This document shows, one piece after another, positions 1 to 8,688 of a stretch of DNA of 64,000 nucleotides. A program made the translations under genes and the position numbers. Source of the stretch: an uncultured Thermoplasmatales archaeon. Its GTDB lineage: Archaea; Thermoplasmatota; Penumbrarchaeia; Penumbrarchaeales; Penumbrarchaeaceae. The number at the start of each line of letters is the position of its first letter. Position 1 is the stretch's first letter. Below the pieces are notes generated by a model. The model ran no database searches. It was not told the DNA's origin and was given only the letters and a program-made list of their open reading frames with translations. Where the stretch lies: positions 4,367 to 68,366 of the forward strand of contig CAZLVP010000011.1 of the NCBI GenBank assembly GCA_964563055.1. The letters run 5' to 3'.

Positions 1-344
1 AACGCATCGACCCCTCCCAGGTACTTGAAAAGGAGCGCCTTACCTTCCATCACAGGGAGCGCTGCCTGTGGACCGATATTACCAAGACCAAGCACCCTGG
101 TACCATCCGAGACGATGGCAATGGTATTTCCTCTGTTGGTGTGGTCCCAGACCTTCGAAGCGTCCGCGGCTATCTCCCTGCACGGGGTCGCAACGCCCGG
201 AGTGTACCAAAGAGCGAAATCGGAAAAGCTACGAACTGGGACCTTGAGGGATACCTCGATCTTTCCCTTGTATACAGCATGTAGTTGGCTCGCTAGCTTT
301 CCAGGCTTTCTAGCCTTTTCCAACCTTTCTCCTTCATTGTCCAT
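1..344 (-). CDS. NAD(P)-dependent malic enzyme, N-terminal part (3' end lies beyond the window start)
   Basis: Absent from the ORF track because it runs off the edge. My reverse translation from ATG (complement of 342-344) gives [55 protein letters not shown]...[32 protein letters not shown]. This contains the YTPGVA and LGLGNIG..A..PVMEGK malic-enzyme signatures. Confidence 0.8.
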   Translation of the reverse strand, partial: MDNEGERLEKARKPGKLASQLHAVYKGKIEVSLKVPVRSFSDFALWYTPGVATPCREIAADASKVWDHTNRGNTIAIVSDGTRVLGLGNIGPQAALPVMEGKALLFKYLGGVDA

Positions 345-368
345 GTAAATATCTCCCGGTAACTATTG

Positions 369-1625
369 TCATCCTACCAACGGGACCGTCATGGTCCCGT
401 CAGGGATCACCAGGACCCTTGGGTCACTGCCTATGATAGCCCTGGCCGATCCCATGGCCGCACCGATATCATCGAACCCTGTAATGAAACCCTTGGACAG
501 TTCTTTTCTGTCAATGCAACTAACTGTATGTATATGTGCCCTCATCGAAAGCTGTACCAACTTGGCGGCCTTATGATATCCCAGGACATATCCTTTAGAG
601 ATCTTCTCCAAAATCGCTTCCCTATCTGAGCTCGATGTTATCAGGTCCCAGAACGTGGACTGTCCAATTCCTTCAGTACACCCCGCAACAAGTATGATGA
701 CACCCCCGTCCCGCAGGGCTAGCTTACCGTTCTCTATCGCCTTCTGAGCCTGATAAAGCGTCCTGTCCATAGGGGGTCGGGCAATGGATACGACAATATC
801 GTAAAGGCCTTGAACAGGAATGCAGAACTCTTTGTTCGCCGCCTTTACTCCTTCCCTGAAAGAGCTGAATATATCCCCTGCATGGACCGAGGTCAGGACC
901 TTCCCTATGCCCTGGACCACCTGGACCGATAGATGGGACCTATCTTTAAGATAGCGGCCTACAGCCTCCTCCATATCCGCATGTACGGGGTTACCTTCGA
1001 GGCCAAGGGTCATAGACCCGGGGCTCAATGCATGTGAATGGTTCCTTTCGACAGTACTATAGGAGGCCATTCCAGGCAGGATGCTCTTTCGTCCACCTGT
1101 ATATCCCGCAAAATAATGGGGTTCGACCGAATTGATGAACAACAGTTGGTCCTGGTCATCAAGGGCTTTATCTATCTTTACTTCAGTACCTAACTTAGTT
1201 GTACATACATGATCGTGAGCTGCCTCATCCTTTGAAACATGGATATGGACCCTGTCCCTTAGGAACGGGTAAAGTGTTCCCAGGATGGTCATAAGATCAT
1301 CTTCTGTCGGGGGCTTATGGGTACCAGTGGCTATGTGGACCTTTTTGACCTTTTCAACGATCGATGGATGGTTGGACTGGATATGTTCAAGGACCATTGA
1401 GGTTGGTGTGGGCCTGTTCCTATCGTTCAAAACCAACCCTATCCTACTATCAACCTCAAGGGCCCCTTCAAGTCGAGAGAGGTGTTCTTCCAAGCTCAAC
1501 GATCCTTCAAGGATGCACTTAGAGCTTTGGCATCTATCTTCAATACAGGAAGGTCCAGAGAGGATATCGGCATTTATAAAAGGACCTGTCCTCAGGTCCG
1601 ATCCTTTTACTATAGAGGACACCAA
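369..1625 (-). CDS. larA: LarA-family nickel-dependent 2-hydroxyacid (lactate) racemase-like protein (DUF2088)
   Basis: 418-aa ORF. HIATGTHKP and EPHYFAGYTGGRKSILPG resemble the conserved core of LarA/DUF2088 proteins. TGA stop. Confidence 0.7.
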   Translation of the reverse strand: MVSSIVKGSDLRTGPFINADILSGPSCIEDRCQSSKCILEGSLSLEEHLSRLEGALEVDSRIGLVLNDRNRPTPTSMVLEHIQSNHPSIVEKVKKVHIATGTHKPPTEDDLMTILGTLYPFLRDRVHIHVSKDEAAHDHVCTTKLGTEVKIDKALDDQDQLLFINSVEPHYFAGYTGGRKSILPGMASYSTVERNHSHALSPGSMTLGLEGNPVHADMEEAVGRYLKDRSHLSVQVVQGIGKVLTSVHAGDIFSSFREGVKAANKEFCIPVQGLYDIVVSIARPPMDRTLYQAQKAIENGKLALRDGGVIILVAGCTEGIGQSTFWDLITSSSDREAILEKISKGYVLGYHKAAKLVQLSMRAHIHTVSCIDRKELSKGFITGFDDIGAAMGSARAIIGSDPRVLVIPDGTMTVPLVG

Positions 1626-1675
1626 TTCTCAGACCCCCTGAAGACCTGACATAATCTGGTCAATACCTATCAAAT

Positions 1676-1705
1676 AAAAAAAACCCTGCTCCCTGTGGAG
1701 CAGGG
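1676..1705 (-). terminator. Hairpin plus oligo-T terminator downstream of the 1334-aa surface protein gene
   Basis: CCCTGCTCC-CTGT-GGAGCAGGG perfect 9-bp stem at 1684-1705. On the minus strand it is followed by T8 (plus-strand A-run 1676-1683). It lies about 20 nt after the TAA stop. Confidence 0.5.
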
Positions 1706-1726
1706 TCATTGTCCTTTCGGGACCTT

Positions 1727-4700
1727 TTAGTTGTTCTTTCCTTCTGGAGCTGGTGGGAGGCTCTCCCTTTGCTCTACGGCCTGGCCAGTTGGGAGTGCCG
1801 GACCTGTCGGAGCTGCATGGATGTACGTCGGGGCCAGCTCAACGATCTTCTGCAGGAGGGTCTTGGGTCTCTTCAGAGCCCTCTTTGAATGTGCGTCCTC
1901 CCTCCAAGCATGGATGTTCTTTTCCATCTGGATGTTCAATAGGAACAACCCGATTATGAGGATGGTCATGATCACGGCCACTGCAATGAATATTATTGCC
2001 CATATCTCAAGGATCGGGTCGTCGCTATCGATCTTTGGATGGCTCTTTCCATCGAACGGGTCATATCCTTGGTTTATCTCATCGACATTTAGGAATCCGT
2101 CAAGGTCGTAGTCCATACGTCCGTCCAGCTTGTTGAACGGGTCCATTCCGTAAAGTTTCTCGACGCTGTTGGGGATCCCATCCAGGTCAGAGTCCTCATT
2201 GAAGACCTCGAACCTTACAAAGGCTTCCTTCGAATATGATTTACCATCAAAGGCCCTTACCGTGAAGTTATGTATCTCGTTCGTTAAGGTCCTGGTATCT
2301 ATCATGGCGGTCCATCCTGTCCCGGCCAATGCGGCCTTCTTCCAAGTCCCACCATCGACCCTGTACTCTGCATATTCGACGTAATTGGAATCATCCGTCG
2401 CCGTGCCTTCCATGGTAAGTTTCTCGGATTGCTTTCCGCTGACCTGGGTCGTTATCGTCACCGTTGGTGGTGGCGATAACTGTTTGGTCTCTGGGGAATC
2501 CATCATGACCGAGAAGGAAAGGACATCGGAATAATCCCTTCCATCATAGGCCCTTATCATGATATAATGGTCACCATCGGAGTACTCCCTGATATCAAGG
2601 AGGAATTGCCATACATAAGCACCTTCTGCCTCCATCCATTCATCTTCGTAGAGGATGTCCCCTTCCTTGATTATTGCCACCTCGATCCATCGTAGGGTCT
2701 TTTCCTTATCGTTTCCGGTTCCTCTAAGGTAGTACATTCCGTCAATTGTCTTACCATTGTAGATATTGGACGCTATCACTACCGGAATGTCGTTTATTGA
2801 CCGGACCCTGACATTGAAGGAAGTGGATACCATACTTATGCCGTCACTTGCCTTTACGATCACCTGTGATACTCCGCTGAAGTCCATTTCAGGTTCTACA
2901 TGGAGGTAACCTGCATCCGTTAGACCGATCTTTACTGACGGATTGGTAGATACGAGCTCTATTACCAGGTCCTCTGTGGTATTGTCCACATCATGGACAT
3001 AGGTCTCGATGAACTTTATGGACCCGGTATAAACCGTATCCTCATCAAGGTTGATATCGGGTATCGCACTGAACGTTGGCGGGTCATTGACAGAACCTAT
3101 CATTATAGGCATAGTGTAATTTGACTGGGACCTCCTGTTGTCCTTATCGTCCGAGGTATAGACCTTTAGATAGTATGCTCCATCTTCGGAAGAATAGTCT
3201 GGGCTTGATCCGATCACCAATACGAAATTATCCGGGTCCTCGGTATATTCCGGTGGTAGAACGAACAGGGAGACCTCATTGTTGTTCCCGCGATAGATCC
3301 TGAACCCATCCTCGGTCGTTCTTTCGAGATACTGAGGTTCCATATCCGCACCCAATAGTTCGAAATCAAGGTATATCTTCTGACCCTCGATATCGGAGAA
3401 ATAGGGTTTTCCATCGCTCCTGAAATAGAAAGAACGTTTTCCCTGAGCGATATCCCTTCCGGTCGGAGCTGTGTATTCGATCAATAATGTATCAAGTCCC
3501 TCTTCAGCTGTTATAGGTGGCAGCTCCTGAGATTGGAGCGGGGGGTCGTTCACTGGAAGGATATTTATCCCGAAGACATTGGTCCATGTGTCCTTGCCGT
3601 ACATGTCCGTTGCGGATATCTGGGTATGGACAGTACCATGCCAGTTCGGGTCCTTGGATGTATCTATCCAGAGATAGACCTTTCCATCCCTTGCCTCCGA
3701 CCTGTGGATCTTGATGTCAACGTTGTTGGGCTTATCGTTCTTCTGGACCTTGTAGATCAAGGTCTCCGCTGGTTGGTCCTCGTCGTAGAAGAGGTCAGAG
3801 AGGGCGAGGAACATCTGGTTGTCAATACCCTCATCTACATCTATGTCCTCGATCAAAGCCACTTTGGGCCTGTAGTTGGGTTTTGTCCCGGTTAGCTGAA
3901 GATTGCTTAGTGTCAGCTTTCCCTTGGAGGAGGCTGAGATGTTTATTGGTACCATTGTAAGACCATCCTCACGCATGGGAACAATGGTGTTCAACTCGTT
4001 CAGGAGATTGGTGCTTGTCGGGTTGTAGAAGACCTTTGCAGTATAGTCATATTTTATGCTGATGTTCTGTATGAATATCCTTCCTGCGGCGTCGGCCCCT
4101 ATCTTAATTGGGACATAGGTCCACTCGTTCCCGTACTCGTCGACCTCATCCGGAAGGTGTGTGGAAAGATAGTTGTTGAAGGTGCTCTGATAGCCTGAGA
4201 GGGGGGTGATACCTTCATATTTCCCTATGTAAGAGAAATCAATTACGCCATCATCGGCCACATCCACCCAGGGATTTTCAGAATCAACGGTGTATTCTAT
4301 GAGCAGTTTAGGCCTCAAAGACGTCCAGGAACCGGATGTCGTAAATGGAGAGGTGAAGACGCCGAACCTGTAGAAGTCACAGTGGTTCTTGGAAAATGCA
4401 CTGCCTGAGTCGTAATCACTGTTATAGGTCACATAGTAGTCGGTCCCCTCATTCCTCAGATGCGGTGCGGTGGAATACGGGGTCTTGTGCATGGTCAGGA
4501 ATATCCCGTTGTTGTCCAGACTGCCATCCCTCCATTCCTCTACCACCGGTGATAGGTCGAACATCACATTATAGTCCGTGACCTGGCTCGAATCGGAGAA
4601 GCTCTCCTGCATGGTGTATGAATCTATCGGGTCGGTCCTGTTCGTGGGCATCGCATCCTCAAAAACGCTCTCGTAGATGCCATCCAAACCGCTTTTTGAA

Positions 4701-5731
4701 TATGAATTGCTATAGTAGTAGTTGTAGGCGTTCCTGTATTCACCGAGGGTCTTATCGTTGTAGTTAAAAGTGCTCAAAGGCGCATCCGTTAGAGCAAAGA
4801 CCCCATAGTCCTTCTCTCCGGAATAATAGTATTCTGTATTGCTCGTCCAATCGTATCCGTTCCATGCGCTGCCATAGGTCTGTTTGACAGGATAGTTAAG
4901 GGAATAGCTCACTATTGTCGCGCCGTCCGGGACCATGAAGTCCGGATGGTCCAGGTCCCACTGCATGTAATACCTGGTGTCCGTGTAACCGTAACCGTAT
5001 CTGTATCCCCACCATGAAGTATAATCATTTATGAAGATAGGGCCGTAATTGTCCCATGTCCACGGCTGGTCCCTTATTCCCGAGCTCGAATGGCTCACAT
5101 ACTTCATCGGATAATATTCATGTTGGAATTGATAGTAATAATAGTCCCAGTCTGGTTCTTCGTCCATGTAATAGTAAAGTAGGCTGTAGCCGAAATGGTC
5201 GAGGTTGTTCGCTCTGAACAGCCTCTCCATGACAACGGACTCTGCAGGGTGGTTGATGTTGAAATCAACTGAACTTACCTTTGCCTTGCTTGGCAATTTG
5301 ACCAGGGCCGTATGACCCTCGGGGGAGGGATACAAGGCAGGGGTTTTCGAGGGGTTCATGTTCATATCGAAACCGTAGGACTGATTGCCCCACGCGCCGA
5401 TCCCCGGTCCAGTGAACCTGTAGTCTGTCCTTTGGTTGGAGCCCAGGTCCACTGTAACGTCTTCGGAATAATTGCCATCCGCATCGGGGCCACCCATGAG
5501 GTCCATGCTAACGTAAGAATACGTTGCATTGTTATGGATCAACAGTTGGGTATCATCATTGAAAAGTTCATCACCGATGATGACCTCCGAACTTGTCACA
5601 TTTATTAGGTTCTCCACTGTCCCCTTGCTGAACTTGTCAGTACTGATGTCCTTCATACCGGCCTGGGCCGGCTGAAAGAGAGATGCCGCTACCATTACTA
5701 GCATTGCCCCGATGATAAGGAACCTTTTCAT
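1727..5731 (-). CDS. Large secreted, membrane-anchored surface protein with cadherin/Ig-like modules and Ca-binding repeats
   Basis: Signal peptide MKRFLIIGAMLVMVAASLFQPAQA. Tyr/Asn-rich N-terminal region with a DNRLRE-like segment (VVEEWRDGSLDNNGIFL). Three modules end in VNDPP/INDIP. Thrombospondin-type-3-like DxDxDG repeats (DSDLDGIPN, DYDLDGFLN). One C-terminal TM (IWAIIFIAVAVIMTILIIGLFLL) followed by a ~80-aa tail. Confidence 0.7.
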   Translation of the reverse strand: MKRFLIIGAMLVMVAASLFQPAQAGMKDISTDKFSKGTVENLINVTSSEVIIGDELFNDDTQLLIHNNATYSYVSMDLMGGPDADGNYSEDVTVDLGSNQRTDYRFTGPGIGAWGNQSYGFDMNMNPSKTPALYPSPEGHTALVKLPSKAKVSSVDFNINHPAESVVMERLFRANNLDHFGYSLLYYYMDEEPDWDYYYYQFQHEYYPMKYVSHSSSGIRDQPWTWDNYGPIFINDYTSWWGYRYGYGYTDTRYYMQWDLDHPDFMVPDGATIVSYSLNYPVKQTYGSAWNGYDWTSNTEYYYSGEKDYGVFALTDAPLSTFNYNDKTLGEYRNAYNYYYSNSYSKSGLDGIYESVFEDAMPTNRTDPIDSYTMQESFSDSSQVTDYNVMFDLSPVVEEWRDGSLDNNGIFLTMHKTPYSTAPHLRNEGTDYYVTYNSDYDSGSAFSKNHCDFYRFGVFTSPFTTSGSWTSLRPKLLIEYTVDSENPWVDVADDGVIDFSYIGKYEGITPLSGYQSTFNNYLSTHLPDEVDEYGNEWTYVPIKIGADAAGRIFIQNISIKYDYTAKVFYNPTSTNLLNELNTIVPMREDGLTMVPINISASSKGKLTLSNLQLTGTKPNYRPKVALIEDIDVDEGIDNQMFLALSDLFYDEDQPAETLIYKVQKNDKPNNVDIKIHRSEARDGKVYLWIDTSKDPNWHGTVHTQISATDMYGKDTWTNVFGINILPVNDPPLQSQELPPITAEEGLDTLLIEYTAPTGRDIAQGKRSFYFRSDGKPYFSDIEGQKIYLDFELLGADMEPQYLERTTEDGFRIYRGNNNEVSLFVLPPEYTEDPDNFVLVIGSSPDYSSEDGAYYLKVYTSDDKDNRRSQSNYTMPIMIGSVNDPPTFSAIPDINLDEDTVYTGSIKFIETYVHDVDNTTEDLVIELVSTNPSVKIGLTDAGYLHVEPEMDFSGVSQVIVKASDGISMVSTSFNVRVRSINDIPVVIASNIYNGKTIDGMYYLRGTGNDKEKTLRWIEVAIIKEGDILYEDEWMEAEGAYVWQFLLDIREYSDGDHYIMIRAYDGRDYSDVLSFSVMMDSPETKQLSPPPTVTITTQVSGKQSEKLTMEGTATDDSNYVEYAEYRVDGGTWKKAALAGTGWTAMIDTRTLTNEIHNFTVRAFDGKSYSKEAFVRFEVFNEDSDLDGIPNSVEKLYGMDPFNKLDGRMDYDLDGFLNVDEINQGYDPFDGKSHPKIDSDDPILEIWAIIFIAVAVIMTILIIGLFLLNIQMEKNIHAWREDAHSKRALKRPKTLLQKIVELAPTYIHAAPTGPALPTGQAVEQRESLPPAPEGKNN

Positions 5732-5893
5732 GCTTTACCTCCTTAGAACCTCTACCTAATGGGTGAAAACGCCTGAAACCACTATCCAACAACCCCCAAA
5801 GGGCTTATAAAATTTTTCCTACCGGCTTTTCCTAGTATAAATACAATTGGATAGCCCATCAACCCTCCTGGCCTATGATCGTCATCTTGGATG

Positions 5894-6346
5894 TTATGAT
5901 AAGCCTACTATTACAATTAATATGTTAATAAATATAATAATAAAGAATATTATCATCCCTATTAGAAAAAAGGCCCACCAAGAAGGTAGACCGTTTTTCG
6001 ACCCCTTACCCCATAAAATGAGAGGAATGGGCCCTAGGAATAAAACCCCACCCCCCCTTAAGGTACCTTTGGCACCTTCCATTCTGCTTCGTTGAGCTTT
6101 TGAACGGTCTGAACGACCTAGCGCTCTCCTATTTCGTGCGCTGTTACTTGACCGACCAATGATTACGATGACGGAACCTACGAAAATGCAGAGGACCGAG
6201 ATGATCCCAAATGGCCCTCTCATCACAACCACCGGGAATATCAACAGAATATGGACACTTACCTGGTCATGAAATGCGGCCAGAATGACAAAGGCGATCC
6301 CTAGGACTATTAAGAACGTTCCTATTACCGTGGTCTTTATGGACAA
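5894..6346 (-). CDS. Small polytopic membrane protein, DUF131/TIGR00304-like
   Basis: 150 aa, hydrophobic throughout. The central GGGVLFLGPIPLILWG motif is typical of the archaeal DUF131 family. The Ile-rich C-terminus explains the local AT-richness. Confidence 0.55.
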   Translation of the reverse strand: MSIKTTVIGTFLIVLGIAFVILAAFHDQVSVHILLIFPVVVMRGPFGIISVLCIFVGSVIVIIGRSSNSARNRRALGRSDRSKAQRSRMEGAKGTLRGGGVLFLGPIPLILWGKGSKNGLPSWWAFFLIGMIIFFIIIFINILIVIVGLS

Positions 6347-6457
6347 TTTCCATCGATCTCCTAAAACTGGCCGTTACCTTTCTCCCACATTGTTCTTTCG
6401 ATGATATATAATCTATTTTAACAGGTCTGTTGGTAGGGAAAGACCATTTTGGGGAAG

Positions 6458-6467
6458 TTTTTTTAAA
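6458..6467 (+). promoter_or_regulatory. TATA-like box (TTTTTTTAAA) about 26 nt upstream of ATG 6489, implying a leaderless transcript
   Basis: The spacing from the box centre to the ATG matches archaeal TATA-to-TSS distance. The track start (TTG 6471) would sit only 4 nt from the box, so it is unlikely. Confidence 0.35.
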
Positions 6468-6488
6468 GGGTTGGTATTCGGGGAACCC

Positions 6489-7448
6489 ATGGACAGCATT
6501 ACCGTCTGCCTGCTGGGACCAACTGATTGGGCCAGGTCCGTAGGCAAGGAGACCTCTGACACATCGTTCGGTGTCTCGGCCATAAAGAAGGACGATCGTG
6601 TCGTCAACATCGTTCATCCCTCCAAATATCCGGAAAAGATATGGTCCCTTCCGTTCTCACTCTATCTTTCCGATAGGGTCTATCTGAAGATTGACAAGGT
6701 CGACAAAGACCTTGGTGAGGTGGTCATAGCTCTGGACCTCCTTGGCAAGAGGAACGGATCATTGTACATAGACCCTCAGCTTGACCTTCAGAGGATATCA
6801 GCGATGCTCAAGGGAACGGTGTTGGAACACTACAAGGGGTTCGATCCCAACCCTGCGGTCCTCAGGGAGAGATTGACCGATATCGCACCGGGGGTGGCCG
6901 AGGGACCGACAAGGGTCGTCGTGGACCAGTCCTTCAATGTAAAAGGGGTCGGCTGTGTGGTCCTTGGTTTCGTAACCTCTGGGTCCGTAAGGAAACACCA
7001 GGAACTATCCATAGCCCCTGGGACTGGCAGGACGCAGGTAAGGTCCATTCAGGTCCAGGACAGGGACTTCGATTCTGCCCCGACCGGAACAAGGGTCGGC
7101 CTAGCGCTCAAAGGTGTTGAACCGGAGGCAGTTCCAAGGGGCAGCTGCCTCCATTCGAACGACCCAGGTGTGGTCCAGGGGAGCACGATCACGATGGATA
7201 TCAAGCCTTCCAGGTTCTGGAAGGAACCCATCTCCGAGGGGGCCAAGCTCCATATGACCTCTGCCCTGCAGTTCGTTCCCATCACCATAGGACCTACCGA
7301 GAGGACCGGTCCTGGTCCAGATGGTCTGACATTTAGGACCACCATCACGACCGAATCCCCTATCTGGTACTCGAACGACGAGTTGTTCTCCATATGCTTC
7401 CTAGACAGCAGGAGCTTCAGGCTCATCGCATCAGGAAAAAGCTTTTAG
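6489..7448 (+). CDS. EF-Tu/EF-1alpha-like protein with a degenerate G domain (EF-Tu domain-2 beta-barrel present)
   Basis: VDQSFNVKGVGCVVLGFVTSGSVRKHQEL...VRSIQVQDRDFDSAPTGTRVGLALKG is a typical EF-Tu domain 2. The N-terminus has only a P-loop remnant (LLGPTDWARSVGKET). Start moved to ATG 6489. Confidence 0.6.
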   Translation: MDSITVCLLGPTDWARSVGKETSDTSFGVSAIKKDDRVVNIVHPSKYPEKIWSLPFSLYLSDRVYLKIDKVDKDLGEVVIALDLLGKRNGSLYIDPQLDLQRISAMLKGTVLEHYKGFDPNPAVLRERLTDIAPGVAEGPTRVVVDQSFNVKGVGCVVLGFVTSGSVRKHQELSIAPGTGRTQVRSIQVQDRDFDSAPTGTRVGLALKGVEPEAVPRGSCLHSNDPGVVQGSTITMDIKPSRFWKEPISEGAKLHMTSALQFVPITIGPTERTGPGPDGLTFRTTITTESPIWYSNDELFSICFLDSRSFRLIASGKSF

Positions 7449-7485
7449 TCGGTCGACCAATCAGCCTAAAGGCTGGGGGCTTTCC

Positions 7486-8679
7486 TTGGAAATAGGCATT
7501 GTAGGTAAACCCAATGTAGGAAAATCGACCTTCTTCGAGGCCTGCAGTCTCTCCGGTGCGGAGATAGCCAACTATCCTTTCACTACCATAAAGGCAAACA
7601 GGGGTATGGCCTATCTCAGAGCAGCTGACCCCGGACCTACCCTGGGCGTTGCAAGCAATCCGAAGAACTCCTACATAAGAGGGACAACAAGGTTCGTTCC
7701 TGTGGAGCTCCTTGATGTCGCGGGTCTGGTACCAGATGCTCATAAGGGAAAGGGGTTGGGCAACCAGTTCCTTGACGACCTGAGGCAGGCCTCTGCCCTG
7801 GTCCATGTGATAGATGTATCAGGTTCCACGGATGTGGAGGGGAACCCAGTTGATAAAGGGACGCACGACCCTAGGTCCGATACAGCTTTCCTTGTAAATG
7901 AGATAGACCAGTGGTTCAAGGGCATAATCTCCAAGGACTGGACAAGGCTCGCAAAGAGCTCTGAATCAACCCATACGACAATTGATAAGCTCCTTGCAGA
8001 AAAGCTCACAGGTCTCGGCATCAATATCCACCACATCACCATGGCCATTTCACATCTTAACAGACCGGACAAACCGACCAAATGGTCGGAGGAGGACCTT
8101 TTCTCCCTCTCCATTGAACTAAGAAAGGCCTCAAAACCGATGATAATCGCAGCGAACAAGGCCGACAAGGCCGATGATGGGCAGATCAAGGAGCTGATAT
8201 CGCACGTGAAGGATGCTATGGTCATTCCGACCTGTTCCGAGGCCGAGATGGCTTTGCGAAAGGCCGACAAGGCCGGTCTCATCAGTTACATGCCAGGGGA
8301 GGGTCGGTTCGAGGTCAAGGACCCATCGAAGCTGAACGACGCCCAGAGAAAGGCCCTTCAAAAGATACAGGAGGTCCTTGACCGGTTCGGTTCCACAAAC
8401 GTTCAGAAGGTCCTAGAGAGCGCTGCATACAAGCTCCTGGACCTGATAGTGGTCTATCCCGTGGAGGACGAGCACAAGTTCACTGACAAGGACGGAAGGG
8501 TGCTCCCTGATGCCCACCTCATGAGGAGAGGTTCAGTTGCCCGTGACCTTGCCTTCAAGGTCCATACAGACCTCGGAACGCATTTCATAAGGGGCGTGGA
8601 TTGCAGGACCCGAAGGACGGTAGGTGCGGACCATGAGCTGAAGGACGGGGATGTCATCAAGATACATGCCAACGCCTGA
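7486..8679 (+). CDS. Obg-family GTPase/ATPase of the YchF/OLA1-like archaeal type with a C-terminal TGS domain
   Basis: GIVGKPNVGKSTFF (G1), NYPFTT (G2), DVAGLV (G3), NKAD (G4), C-terminal TGS-like LKDGDVIKI. TTG start. Confidence 0.8.
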   Translation: MEIGIVGKPNVGKSTFFEACSLSGAEIANYPFTTIKANRGMAYLRAADPGPTLGVASNPKNSYIRGTTRFVPVELLDVAGLVPDAHKGKGLGNQFLDDLRQASALVHVIDVSGSTDVEGNPVDKGTHDPRSDTAFLVNEIDQWFKGIISKDWTRLAKSSESTHTTIDKLLAEKLTGLGINIHHITMAISHLNRPDKPTKWSEEDLFSLSIELRKASKPMIIAANKADKADDGQIKELISHVKDAMVIPTCSEAEMALRKADKAGLISYMPGEGRFEVKDPSKLNDAQRKALQKIQEVLDRFGSTNVQKVLESAAYKLLDLIVVYPVEDEHKFTDKDGRVLPDAHLMRRGSVARDLAFKVHTDLGTHFIRGVDCRTRRTVGADHELKDGDVIKIHANA

Positions 8680-8688
8680 AACGGGCGG

